From: Eledone cirrhosa
Lineage: Eukaryota
DNA: 64,000 nucleotides
Direction of reading: 5' to 3'
Assembly (NCBI GenBank): GCA_964016885.1
Contig: OZ024741.1
Location: forward strand, 281,666,001-281,730,000
The notes below the pieces were generated by a model. The model saw only the letters and a list, made by a program, of their open reading frames with translations, made no database searches and was not told the DNA's origin. Each line of letters begins with the position of its first letter. Position 1 is the first letter of the stretch. The translations under genes were made by a program, and so were the position numbers. Shown piece by piece: positions 1 to 11,512 of the stretch.

Positions 1-2733
1 AGTGGAATTGAACCCCAGGACCTAATGATTGTGAAGCAAACTCTTTAACCATTCAGATGTACTGTGTTCCATACAGTGGAATTGAACCCCAGGACCTAAT
101 GATTGTGAAGCAAACTCCTTAACCATTCAGATATACTGTGTTCCATACAGTGGAATTGAACCCCAGGACCTAATGATTGTGAAGCAAACTCCTTAACCAT
201 TCAGATGTACTGTGTTCCATACAGTGGAATTGAACCCCAGGACCTAATGATTGTGAAGCAAACTCCTTAACCATTCAGATATACTGTGTTCCATACAGTG
301 GAATTGAACCCCAGGACCTAATGATTGTGAAGCAAACTCCTTAACCATTCAGATATACTGTGTTCCATACAGTGGAATTGAACCCCAGGACCTAATGATT
401 ATGAAGCAAACTCCTTAACCATTCAGATGTACTGTGTTCCATACAGTGGAATTGAACCTCGTGACCTAATGATTGTGAAGCAAACTCCTTAACCATTCAG
501 ATATACTGTGTTCCATACAGTGGAATTGAACCCCAGGACCTAATGATTGTGAAGCAAACTCCTTAACCATTCAGATGTACTGTGTTCCATACAGTGGAAT
601 TGAACCCCGTGACCTAATGATTGTGAAGCAAACTCCTTAACCATTCAGATATACTGTGTTCCATACAGTGGAATTGAACCCCAGGATCTAATGATTGTGA
701 AGCAAACTCTTTAATCATTCAGATGTACTGTGTTCCATACAGTGGAATTGAACCCCAGGACCTAATGATTGTGAAGCAAACTCCTTAACCATTCAGATAT
801 ACTGTGTTCCATACAGTGGAATTGAACCCCAGGACCTAATGATTGTGAAGCAAACTCTTTAACCATTCAGATGTACTGTGTTCCATACAGTGGAATTGAA
901 CCTCAGGACCTAATGATTGTGAAGCAAACTCCTTAACCATTCAGATATACTGTGTTCCATACAGTGGAATTGAACCCCAGGACCTAATGATTGTGAAGCA
1001 AACTCCTTAACCATTCAGATATACTGTGTTCCATACAGTGGAATTGAACCCCAGGACCTAATGATTGTGAAGCAAACTCCTTAACCATTCAGATATACTG
1101 TGTTCCATACAGTGGAATTGAACCCCAGGACCTAATGATTGTGAAGCAAACTCTTTAACCATTCAGATGTACTGTGTTCCATACAGTGGAATTGAACCCC
1201 AGGACCTAATGATTGTGAAGCAAACTCCTTAACCATTCAGATGTACTGTGTTCCATACAGTGGAATTGAACCCCAGGACCTAATGATTGTGAAGCAAACT
1301 CCTTAACCATTCAGATGTACTGTGTTCCATACAGTGGAATTGAACCCCAGGACCTAATGATTGTGAAGCAAACTCCTTAACCATTCAGATATACTGTGTT
1401 CCATACAGTGGAATTGAACCCCAGGACCTAATGATTGTGAAGCAAACTCCTTAACCATTCAGATATACTGTGTTCCATACAGTGGAATTGAACCCCAGGA
1501 CCTAATGATTGTGAAGCAAACTCTTTAACCATTCAGATGTACTGTGTTCCATACAGTGGAATTGAACCCCAGGACCTAATGATTGTGAAGCAAACTCCTT
1601 AACCATTCAGATGTACTGTGTTCCATACAGTGGAATTGAACCCCAGGACCTAATGATTGTGAAGCAAACTCCTTAACCATTCAGATGTACTGTGTTCCAT
1701 ACAGTGGAATTGAACCCCAGGACCTAATGATTGTGAAGCAAACTCCTTAACCATTCAGATATACTGTGTTCCATACAGTGGAATTGAACCCCAGGACCTA
1801 ATGATTGTGAAGCAAACTCCTTAACCATTCAGATATACTGTGTTCCATACAGTGGAATTGAACCCCAGGACCTAATGATTGTGAAGCAAACTCTTTAACC
1901 ATTCAGATGTACTGTGTTCCATACAGTGGAATTGAACCCCAGGACCTAATGATTGTGAAGCAAACTCCTTAACCATTCAGATGTACTGTGTTCCATACAG
2001 TGGAATTGAACCCCAGGACCTAATGATTGTGAAGCAAACTCCTTAACCATTCAGATGTACTGTGTTCCATACAGTGGAATTGAACCCCAGGACCTAATGA
2101 TTGTGAAGCAAACTCCTTAACCATTCAGATATACTGTGTTCCATACAGTGGAATTGAACCCCAGGACCTAATGATTGTGAAGCAAACTCCTTAACCATTC
2201 AGATATACTGTGTTCCATACAGTGGAATTGAACCCCAGGACCTAATGATTGTGAAGCAAACTCTTTAACCATTCAGATGTACTGTGTTCCATACAGTGGA
2301 ATTGAACCCCAGGACCTAATGATTGTGAAGCAAACTCCTTAACCATTCAGATGTACTGTGTTCCATACAGTGGAATTGAACCCCAGGACCTAATGATTGT
2401 GAAGCAAACTCCTTAACCATTCAGATGTACTGTGTTCCATACAGTGGAATTGAACCCCAGGACCTAATGATTGTGAAGCAAACTCCTTAACCATTCAGAT
2501 GTACTGTGTTCCATACAGTGGAATTGAACCCCAGGACCTAATGATTGTGAAGCAAACTCCTTAACCATTCAGATGTACTGTGTTCCATACAGTGGAATTG
2601 AACCCCAGGACCTAATGATTGTGAAGCAAACTCCTTAACCATTCAGATGTACTGTGTTCCATACAGTGGAATTGAACCCCAGGACCTAATGATTGTGAAG
2701 CAAACTCCTTAACCATTCAGATATACTGTGTTC
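1..2733 (-). repeat. 74-bp tandem satellite (about 37 copies, truncated at window start) derived from a tRNA-related SINE head
   Basis: Unit AGTGGAATTGAACCCCAGGACCTAATGATTGTGAAGCAAACTCCTTAACCATTCAGATRTACTGTGTTCCATAC repeats every 74 bp. Its reverse complement has an A-box-like TCTGAATGGTTAAG and a B-box-like GGTTCAATTCC. It resembles dispersed SINE heads at about 8395-8460 and 11268-11512. Confidence 0.95.
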
Positions 2734-2919
2734 ATTATTTTAGAACACACACAATACATTTATACTATCCTGCAATTGAAGAATTTCTACATAGATTGCT
2801 TAGTGGTGTAGAACTAACACACATAGCTAATGGAGCAGGGCGGGGGGTGCTTTAGTGTTGGGATTATTATTTTTTTTTTGCACATTAGTTGAAGAATACA
2901 GACAAACAAGAACATACAC

Positions 2920-3725
2920 CTTCAGATAGGCAGGTTGATATATACACATAGTATGACAGGCAGATACATAGACATACACACATATAGACATATAGACAGG
3001 TAGATATATAGATATACACACATATAGACAGGTAGATATATAGATATATACACACATATAGACAGATAGATATATAGATACATACACACATATAGACAGG
3101 TAGATATATACACATATATAGACAGGTAGATATATAGATACATACAGACATATAGACAGGTAGATATATAGATATACACATATAGACAGGTAGATATATA
3201 GATACATACAGACATATAGACAGGTAGATATATAGATATACACATATAGACTGGTAGATACATAGATATACACACATATAGACTGGTAGATACATAGATA
3301 CATACACACATATAGACTGGTAGATACATAGATACATACAGACATATAGACTGGTAGATACATAGATATACACACATATAGACTGGTAGATACATAGATA
3401 CATACACACATATAGACTGGTAGATACATAGATATACACACATATAGACAGGTAGATATATAGATACATACAGACATATAGACAGGTAGATATATAGATA
3501 TACACACATATAGACTGGTAGATACATAGATACATACAGACATATAGACAGGTAGATATATAGATATACACACATATAGACTGGTAGATACATAGATACA
3601 TACAGACATATAGACAGGTAGATATATAGATATACACACATATAGACTGGTAGATACATAGATACATACAGACATATAGACAGGTAGATATATAGATATA
3701 CACACATATAGACTGGTAGATACAT
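2920..3725. repeat. Compound microsatellite-derived minisatellite (about 30-32-bp units such as ATAGACWGGTAGATAYATAGATAYAYACACAT)
   Basis: Directly visible repetition. It explains the Y/V/C/I-rich spurious ORFs at 2827-3780. Confidence 0.9.
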
Positions 3726-4120
3726 CTTCAGCATTTAGAAGAAGGGAGGTAGGCGTAAAAACCAAACTCGCTATCTTCAATCCAGTAATCGTGCCAACCC
3801 TTACCTATGGCCATGAATCTTGGATAATGACCAAAAGAATACGAGCGCGAATACAAGCGGCCTGAATGGGGGTTCTTCTCAAGTGTCTTTGGAGTAATGT
3901 TACTCGATAAAGTGCGTAACTCAGAGATCAGAGAGTCACTCCAGGTAGAGCCGCTACTTCTCTGAATTGAGAGATCGCAGCTCCGATACTATGGTAATGT
4001 GGGTAGAATGTCTCAGGAAAGAATCACTGGACAGATTTTACGGGCAAAACTAACCAGCTAGAGACCCAGGGGTAGACTCCAAGCAAGATGGTTGGATAAC
4101 ATCCATGAGCTTGGCTGGTC
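3726..4120 (+). mobile_element. Decayed RTE-clade (Expander/Rex3-like) LINE fragment, C-terminal part of the RT ORF
   Basis: Translates as KTKLAIFNPVIVPTLTYGHESWIMTKRIRARIQAA*MG...DKVRNSEIRESLQVEPLLL*IERSQLRYYG...RPRGR, with stops and a frameshift. Motifs recognised from RTE elements. Confidence 0.85.
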
Positions 4121-4424
4121 ACAGGTAGATACATAGATATACAGGTAGATATGTAGATAAACACACATACATAGAGAGGTAGATATGTAGATACACACAC
4201 ACACACACACACCAGCAGGCATACATACATATACAGATAGACAGGCCCATACATACAGATACATACAAACAGACAGGTTGGCACATACACGCATATAGGC
4301 AAACAAACATGTACACAGACTCACTCAGGCAGGTAGACATGTACACAGACAGACATATACACACACAGATATGCATACACATATGAACAGACATATGTAC
4401 ATTGACATACATACACGCACGCAT

Positions 4425-4463
<39 letters not shown>

Positions 4464-4633
4464 GAACAGACATATGTACACTGACACACACACACACACG
4501 AACAGACATGCAAACAGACACACACACACAAACAGATACATGTACACAGACATGTATACACACACACAAGAACAGACATGTATATACACACACACACACA
4601 CACACACATATATATGAACAGGCATGTACATAT
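4121..4633. repeat. Degenerate (CA)n/(TA)n/(CAGA)n microsatellite region
   Basis: Long ACAC and ATAC runs. Confidence 0.9.
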
Positions 4634-5211
4634 GCAAGTGAAGGAAGTTGTCTAATAATGGCTTCTAGCTTCAAGTTAATGAATTCATTCATTTCCGATA
4701 TTCTGTCACAGCAGACAACATAGAGGAACCTAAGTGGACGACGTAACAAGAGAGAGTCCTCTCTAGTTTTCATTCTCATCATAACTGCCAAGAGGATAGA
4801 ATAGAATTAGCAATAAAGAATACAGAACTTTACATTTGAAAATGAATTCTACTTGGAAGGAGAAAAATAGAATTAAAAAAATAATATAATGATATCTAGC
4901 TGATCCATTTACAATATTTTTATTGCCTTCCAACGACATTTTACACATCAATTCCAGTAATATTTGCTGAGTGAAATTTCAGGAACAAAATGAAATTGTA
5001 TTTGCTACTTGTGTTGCTCTGCAGTTAACACAAGTAATCTTATGGTAATCAGACTGAAATATAGAAAAATCTCTAAAAACATTTTGAGATTGGAAATGTA
5101 TTTCAGAAGCAGTTGTTAGAGAAACGAACTGCCTACATTATAGAGAGATATACTTCAAGGAATGCTAGTGAAATATAGAAAATCTCTAAAAATATTTCGA
5201 CATTGGAAAAA

Positions 5212-5536
5212 CAGTGGAACTTTGGTTCATAAACACCTCTCCTGAACAAATCAGTTTACAAACTATTTTTCTGAACATAAAACATTCCGGGTAATGAACA
5301 GTGTCTCGAGTAACGAATATGCAAGCTGGCAACAAGCTGGGAGTATCGACAGGAAAGCGTCACTTGCTGTGCAGTTAGTTAATATGGTGATATCTATCTA
5401 TCTTTCACACACAGTCTCTCTCTCTCTGTATTTCTCTTTCAACATTTCATATAGAAAAAACAGTTTTGATTTACAAACATTTCGGTTGACAATCGCTTTC
5501 AGGAACGAATTAAGTTTGTGAACTGAGGTTCCGCTT
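5212..5536. mobile_element. Tc1/mariner (Tigger/pogo-like) MITE
   Basis: Imperfect terminal inverted repeats CAGTGGAACTTTGGTTCATAAAC ... GTTTGTGAACTGAGGTTCCGCT. It interrupts the second copy of a local direct duplication of about 110 bp (5055-5168 vs 5169-5210 plus 5540-5618). Confidence 0.7.
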
Positions 5537-6347
5537 AATATTTCAGAGGCAGTTGGTTGTTAGAGAGAAAAGAATTGCCTATTTTCTAGAGAGATAATAT
5601 TTCAAGGAATACTATTGAGATTCAGAATGTGAAAGAAATCAATAGCTGCAAGAATAACATTATGATAATATACATCATATCTATAATCTGAATACTATGC
5701 TAATATAGCCAGAAGTCTTGTTGTTTGGCTTTATGTCAATCCTGATTGAGCAGAGCGATAATCAAAGCAGGTCTGCTGTGACCATCTCATCCTTTTATAT
5801 ATCCATTACTACATTATCCAATGTCTCCTTCCTTTTCTAACCTGACTATTATTTCTAGCAGCGTTGGTTAAGAAACAGCCATTTCTTTTTTTTTTTTTTC
5901 ATTTTTGTCAAATACCACAAGAGCTAGGCCTTTTGTTACCTTATTTCTAATGAAAAACATTGTCTATAATTTTCATTTAGTTTTGAAAATAATAAAAAAA
6001 ATTGGAGAGATTTAATAAAATATCTGTTTCATTAATAAACTATTATTTGGAACATAGCTCTTTTGATACCAAACTGCTTAAAATGCTTCTGGTTCTACAA
6101 GACAAAGTTTCTCATTCTAGTGTTCATATAAACCTTTCATCATAATTATATTTAAGAACTTCTTCATAAGTAATGTTCTAAACATCAGCTTCCCAATGAA
6201 AAAGACATTTTACTAAAATCCCCAAAGTTTTGATTATTTTCAAAACTAATTGAAACACATTTGCAAAGTGTTTGAATATAAATATGGCAATGAAAGTAAT
6301 TGAAGGGTTAACAAAAGTTTCTTACATAAAATTATGATGGAAGAATT

Positions 6348-6760
6348 CATCATCATCATCATCATCATCATCACCGTTTTACGTCCGTTCTTCCACGCTA
6401 GCATGGGTTAGACGGGTTGTCCTGTTGTGGGCAGTGTCTGGTCGGCTGACCATGCCTTGCTCATACAGGAACTGATCTGGCTTGATTTCTACAGCTGGAT
6501 GCCCTTCCTAACACCAACCTCATTTACAGTGAGTGCTGGGTGCTTTTTCGTGGCGCCTACACGTCCACTTTACAGTGTGGGCTGGGTGCTTTTTTGCCGT
6601 GGCACCTCCACGGCCACCTTGCGGTGGGGGGGGGGGCATATTGTTTATATGCTTCAGCGTGTACCCATGGGAGGTCGGGTACCCTGTATTACTGCGTGAC
6701 GCCAGAAGTCACGGTCGTGTGTCATTGACTTTGAGAGGTGTAGTTGGGTAAGGTCGGCTT
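6348..6760 (-). mobile_element. 5'-truncated RTE LINE (3' end of ORF, 3' UTR, (GAT)n tail)
   Basis: Reverse complement is very similar to 10235-10660 and has a (CAT)n run at 6348-6372. Confidence 0.9.
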
Positions 6761-7029
6761 TTATTCTAAATTCTAAATAAATATAAACACTTTAAAGTAA
6801 AGAGGAGGTTGTTTCAAGTGGTTTGGTCTCAAAGAGTTAATCTTTCATCTGATTTAACAGCACTACCTAGTCTTTGAGAGCCTTTAGAAAAACCCATTCA
6901 TGAGCCATAGTTTCATCCTACCTTTTACTCCCTTGTTTGGTAAACACTTCAAAATATTCATAAAGGATGCCTTTAAATATTGTTTGGCCCAACCCAGTTA
7001 GCCAGCTTCCCTAATCTGCAACTGTGTAC

Positions 7030-7180
7030 AGTAAATTTAGTCAACTCCAGTATATGATGGGAGCTATTTTATTGACCCTAAAGGGATGAAAGGTCAAATT
7101 AACTTTGGCAGGATTTGAACTTACGATGTAAAGGCATGTAACTAAATACTACAAGATATTTTTCTGATATTCTACAAATT
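7030..7180 (-). mobile_element. tRNA-derived SINE fragment
   Basis: Shares the core TTTTATTGACCC..AAGGGATGAAAGG..AA.TTAAC.TTGGCAGGATTTGAACT with several other copies in the window. Confidence 0.7.
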
Positions 7181-7333
7181 CAAGAACCTTTGTTATGCTT
7201 TGTATCAAACATCTGCTGAATAATGAGTTATATTACTAAATCTTTCCAAATTCATGATTAATTTCAAAATGTTTTCAAAATCATAGGCAGTGTTTTTTTA
7301 ATTTTATTAGAAATATGGTAATGACAGCTTTAA

Positions 7334-7505
7334 CCCTTTTGATAAAAATCTTCCATCATAATTTTATTTAAGAACCTTTGTTATGTTCCAAACATCAGCT
7401 TTAAAATGAGAAAGTTAGTTATATTACCTCCAAATTCTTGATTATTTTCAAAATCATTTTAAATCTAGAGACATGTCTTTCATTAGAAATATGGTAATAA
7501 AAGGG
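7334..7505. mobile_element. TTAA-flanked (piggyBac-like) MITE
   Basis: TTAA|CCCTTTTGATA ... TAATAAAAGGG|TTAA. Related copies at about 5928-6310, 55888-56425, 57195-57830 and 62446-62740. Confidence 0.75.
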
Positions 7506-7819
7506 TTAAACATTTGTCTCCTTTCTTTCAAATAATTCATTGACAACGTTTTACAACTAGAATGAAAATTATGTGCAATAATCTTTTGAAGTGATTGTCA
7601 CTTGCTGTGGACTTGGACGTCTTAAAAACATATTTTCAAAATAAACTGCTTGACCGATTGGGTGGTTAAGACTCTTGACACAATTTACTCTAAATATTTG
7701 CTTTATATAATTAACAGAAAACAAAACAAAAGAATTTAGAAATGTTGGAATCTCTACTGGTGGCTTGACTTGTCAAAAATAGCTGTCAAATCAGTTTGCA
7801 TTATGCCACCATCCAAACA

Positions 7820-8145
7820 TGTATGCATGGTCCTGTAACTCTTAAGAGAGTCGTAGAGGCACCATATTAACATACAGCATTTCTAGAGCATTTTAAAACC
7901 TGGTGGAGCCCAATCCTCTCCAGGTCTGATTACAGCAAATTTCTTTCAGAGAAGGATAGAGTGGGGGGAGAGAATGGAAGTGAGAAAGAGATATAGAGGA
8001 AGAATTGACCCCAGGACTAGACTGGTACTTTTTTTTTATTGACCTCAAAAGGGTGAAAGGCAAAGATTACCTTGGCAGGATTTGAACTCTCAGAGCAGAG
8101 AAATGAATACTGCAAAGCATTCTATCCGATGTTCTAATGACTCAT
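7820..8145 (-). mobile_element. tRNA-derived SINE, long-tail variant
   Basis: Inverted homologue of 12443-12760. B-box on the minus strand (GAGTTCAAATCC) plus the shared SINE core. Confidence 0.75.
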
Positions 8146-8149
8146 TTGC

Positions 8150-8462
8150 ATTTGATGGAATGGACTTCCATCAGTGTTGACAATGAGTGTTCTAGTCCTT
8201 TTATCAATGGAAGAGTCTGCTCATGGAATTAACATGTAAGTGGCTGAGCATTCTACAGATGTGTAACCTTAACGTAATTCTCAGGAACAGTCAGCATGAT
8301 ACAGTGTGTGACAAGGCTGATGGGCTTCCAAACAATTTCTTTCTACATAGTTTCACTCATAAGGTATGGGCTGACACTTGCCCAAACTACCATGCAGTGG
8401 TATCAAACCTGCAACTTAATGATTACAAAGCAAACGTTTTAACCATTTGTCCATACTGCATC
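8150..8462 (-). mobile_element. Second tRNA-derived SINE family (head homologous to the 74-bp satellite)
   Basis: Homologous to 10880-11512 and in part to 14420-14695. Its head CAGTGGTATCAAACCTGCAACTTAATGATTACAAAGCAAACGTTTTAACCATT aligns with the satellite unit. Confidence 0.75.
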
Positions 8463-8847
8463 CATTACATTAAATAATGTAGTCCTATAATCTATAAATA
8501 ATACACTATACCTGAAAATAAAATAGGATGATAATGGCTGATATATCTTTGATCACAGGCATGCTCCATCAGAGACAACCTAGGGCTAAACCATGAGAAA
8601 AAATATTTTGAATTCCATAAGCTTTTACTGTATATAAACTGAAACATGCACCAGGAATGCGACACCTATTCAAAAAAGGATAACTTTGGTGTTGCAAAAG
8701 TATAAATATATGTTGTTTGATAAATTATAGTAAAACTTTTATTTTTGTTATTTTAATGTATTTTCTTTTTTAATATATATTTTGGTTAGAATCAACAGTT
8801 TGGAGAGATTTATTAATATAACCAAGATTCCTACATAAAATTATAAT

Positions 8848-9130
8848 GGTTTCCTATATAAGCACAAGGCCATCAATTTTGGGGGAGGGTAAAGTCGATT
8901 AAATCGACCCCAGTGCGTGACTGGTACTTTATTTTATCGACCCTGTAAGGATGAAAGGCAAAGTTAACCTCGGCGGGATTTGAATTCAGACTGTAAAGGG
9001 GCGTAACTATGCTGCAAAGCATGGCGTCTGACCCTCTACTGATACTGCCAATATTATAATTGTTTCTACTTTTGGCACAAGGCCAGCAATTACCCAGTGA
9101 ATTACTGGTACTTTATTTTATCGACCCCGT
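8848..9130 (-). mobile_element. tRNA-derived SINE (relatively intact, 8848-9050) plus an adjacent 3' fragment (9058-9130)
   Basis: Core ATCGACCCCAGT..GACTGGTACTTTATTTTATCGACCC..AAGGATGAAAGGCAAAGTTAACCTCGGCGGGATTTGAATTCAGA, closely matching 57483-57656. Confidence 0.85.
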
Positions 9131-9475
9131 GGGAGATTTTTAGATAAATAAAAACACTTAAAAACAAACAGTCAAGGAAGGACAAACACGTTTCATTCTA
9201 AACAGATCTATCCATAACAACCTTTACCTGATGTGATACACCATAGAAAGGGAGGGTGAGAAATCTGTCTTCAATGAGCCATTCATTAATTTGGATCAAT
9301 CAAAGCTTTCACAACTCAATGGTTGTGTTCAGAGTGGCGAGTTTAAATCCTATTATCAGAGGTTGTATCACAGCAAGGACACATCATGCTGTCATGAATC
9401 AAACTCATGTCCTTGCAATCATAAACCAAACACCCCTAACCATTACACTATGAACCTTCACTATTAACAGCAATA

Positions 9476-10660
9476 CCTGACAAAGAGTAAGGTCCTTGTA
9501 AGTAGACGAGAAAACAGAACCCAGATCCCCTCAGGGAAATGGCCTTGCTCAGTATGTAGGAAAGGTGTAGGTAGGAACTCCACTCTGCCCCAAATGCAAA
9601 CAATGGGTACACAAGAGATGTAGCGGGATCTCAGGAAGCTTAACTAAGAATGTAGGCTTCACATGTAGCAGCTGTGCTGGGACAGCAAGCAGCAAACAGC
9701 CACAGGAAACAAGTACCACCAAACTCTGGGAGGGCTCTGTAGAAACAGTAGACAGCTTCTGCTACCTAGGTGACCGAATTAGCAGCGGAGGTGGGTGTTC
9801 AGAAAGTACAATAACTAGGGTAAGAACGGAGTGGAAGAAGTTCAGGGAGCTACTGCCACTGCTAGCTGCAAAAGGCCTTTCCCTCAAAATGAAAGGCAGA
9901 CTGTATGATGCGTGTATACAAACAGCAATGTTACATGGTAGTGAGACCTGGGCGCTGTCTGTGGAAGACTTGTGAAGATTAGAAAGAAACGAAGCCTGCA
10001 TGTGCCGATGGATGTGTAATAATAATATAAGCGAACGGCAAAGCATAAATGAATTGAGAGAGAGACTGAGCATAAGAGGAATCAAATGCTGTGTGTGGGA
10101 GAAGCGGTTGCGTTGGTATGGACATGTGATGAGTATGAAGGATGACAGCTGCATAAAAAGGTGCAGAGCACTAGAAGTCGATGGAAACCGCGGAGTGGGG
10201 AGACCCCAGAAGACCTGGGATGAGGTGATAAAAGCCGACCTTACCCAATTACACCTCTCAAAGGCGATGACACATGACCGTGACCTCTGGCGTCACACAG
10301 TAATACAGAAGACCTTACCCCCCCCCCACGGGTACAAGCCGAAGCTGAAGCATATAGACAATATGCCCCCACACCCTCCCACTGCAAAGTGGTTGTGGAG
10401 GTGCCACGGCAAAAAAGCACCCAGCCCACACTGTAAAGTGGACGTGTAGGCACCACAGAAAAAAAGCACCCAACACTCACTGTAAATGAGGTTGGTGTTA
10501 AGAAGGGCATCCAGCTGTAGAAATCAAGCCAGAATCAGTTTCCGTATGAGCAAGACAAGGTCAGCCGACCGGACACTGCCCACAACAGGACAACCCATCT
10601 AACCCATGCTAGCGTGGAAGAACGGACGTAAAACGGTGATGATGATGCTGATGATGATCA
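9476..10660 (+). mobile_element. 5'-truncated RTE LINE: post-RT region with Cys/His finger, C-terminus, 3' UTR and (GAT)n tail
   Basis: Reads KWPCSVCRKGVGRNS..CPKCKQWVHKRCSG...VDSFCYLGD...GRLYDACIQTAMLHGSETWALSVEDL*RLERNEACMCRWMC...RLRWYGHVM...GRPQKTW, with an internal stop and a frameshift. Confidence 0.92.
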
Positions 10661-10879
10661 ATAATGATGTTATTTTATTTAGCCAAGATATAATAGAAAA
10701 CAAAATGTTTTGTACTGCTAGACACCAAATCGTACTGCTAGACACCAAATTTGCTTGGAATGTGTAGAAATATTTAGATCTGCCCTTTAAGAACAGTGAC
10801 AAATTTCAGTACATTTGGCATATGGTTACACTGCAACACAACACCAACAGATTGACAAAAATTCACTTAAACCTTTCAA

Positions 10880-11512
10880 AGTGAAATGGAATGGACTTCA
10901 GTTGGTTATGTTGATGATGTTCCAGTTGTTTGAGCAACAGAACAGCTAACTCATGAACTTAACATTCAAGTGGCTGAGCATTCCACAGACATGTGTACTC
11001 GTAATTCTCAAAGAGAATCAACATGGCACTGTGACAAGGCTTGAATTAGTGGTACAGGCCATCTTGTATTATAATGCAAGTTGTTGAGGATTCCACAGAC
11101 ACGTGTACCCAGGAGAATCAGCAAGAAACAGTATGACAAGGCTGGACCTTTGGATTACAGGTACAATCCATCAGATGGGCTTCCAAACAGTTTCCGTCAA
11201 GCCAGTTTCACTTACATAGCATGGGTTGGCCTGAAGCTTTGGTGAATGACTGGCATAAAATGTCAGGTAGTGGAATAGAAGCCATGATTTAACTCATTAA
11301 CATTCACATTACTCTATATTTACTATTGTATTTTTGCAGTAAAGACTATCTCACATAAGATCAAATCTACGAGATTTTGTCGGTATGAGGTGCTGGTTAC
11401 AGCTGGTTTGAACAGAAAGAGATGAGAGAATTCTAGTCAGATATGGCCAGTTTAAATACTGAAGGGTTAATGATTGTAAAGCAAACTTCTAAACCGTTTG
11501 ACCATGCTGTAC
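10880..11512 (-). mobile_element. tRNA-derived SINE interrupted in its head by a TTAA MITE
   Basis: Homologous to 8150-8462. The head is split into 11268-11290 and 11470-11512. Confidence 0.7.
11293..11466. mobile_element. TTAA-flanked MITE (same family as 57379-57764, opposite orientation)
   Basis: TTAA at 11289-11292 and 11467-11470. The end GAGAATTCTAGTCAGATATGGCCAGTTTAAATACTGAAGGG matches the reverse complement of the start of the 57379 copy. Confidence 0.7.

Noticed and set aside
1-2733. Tandem functional tRNA genes (possible CAC anticodon)
   Set aside because: Acceptor, anticodon and T stems do not pair properly, there are no spacers or terminators, and the unit matches SINE heads.
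2827-4791. Multiple overlapping ORFs rich in Y/V/C/M/I or H/T
   Set aside because: Translations of (TA)/(TG)/(CA) microsatellite-derived sequence.
10000-10449. 149-aa ORF as a host gene
   Set aside because: It is the C-terminal remnant of a truncated RTE ORF, preceded by an in-frame stop.
6348-10660. Large inverted repeat (6348-6760 vs 10235-10660) as termini of one composite transposon
   Set aside because: Both are independent 5'-truncated copies of the same LINE with their own tails, and no shared target duplication was seen.
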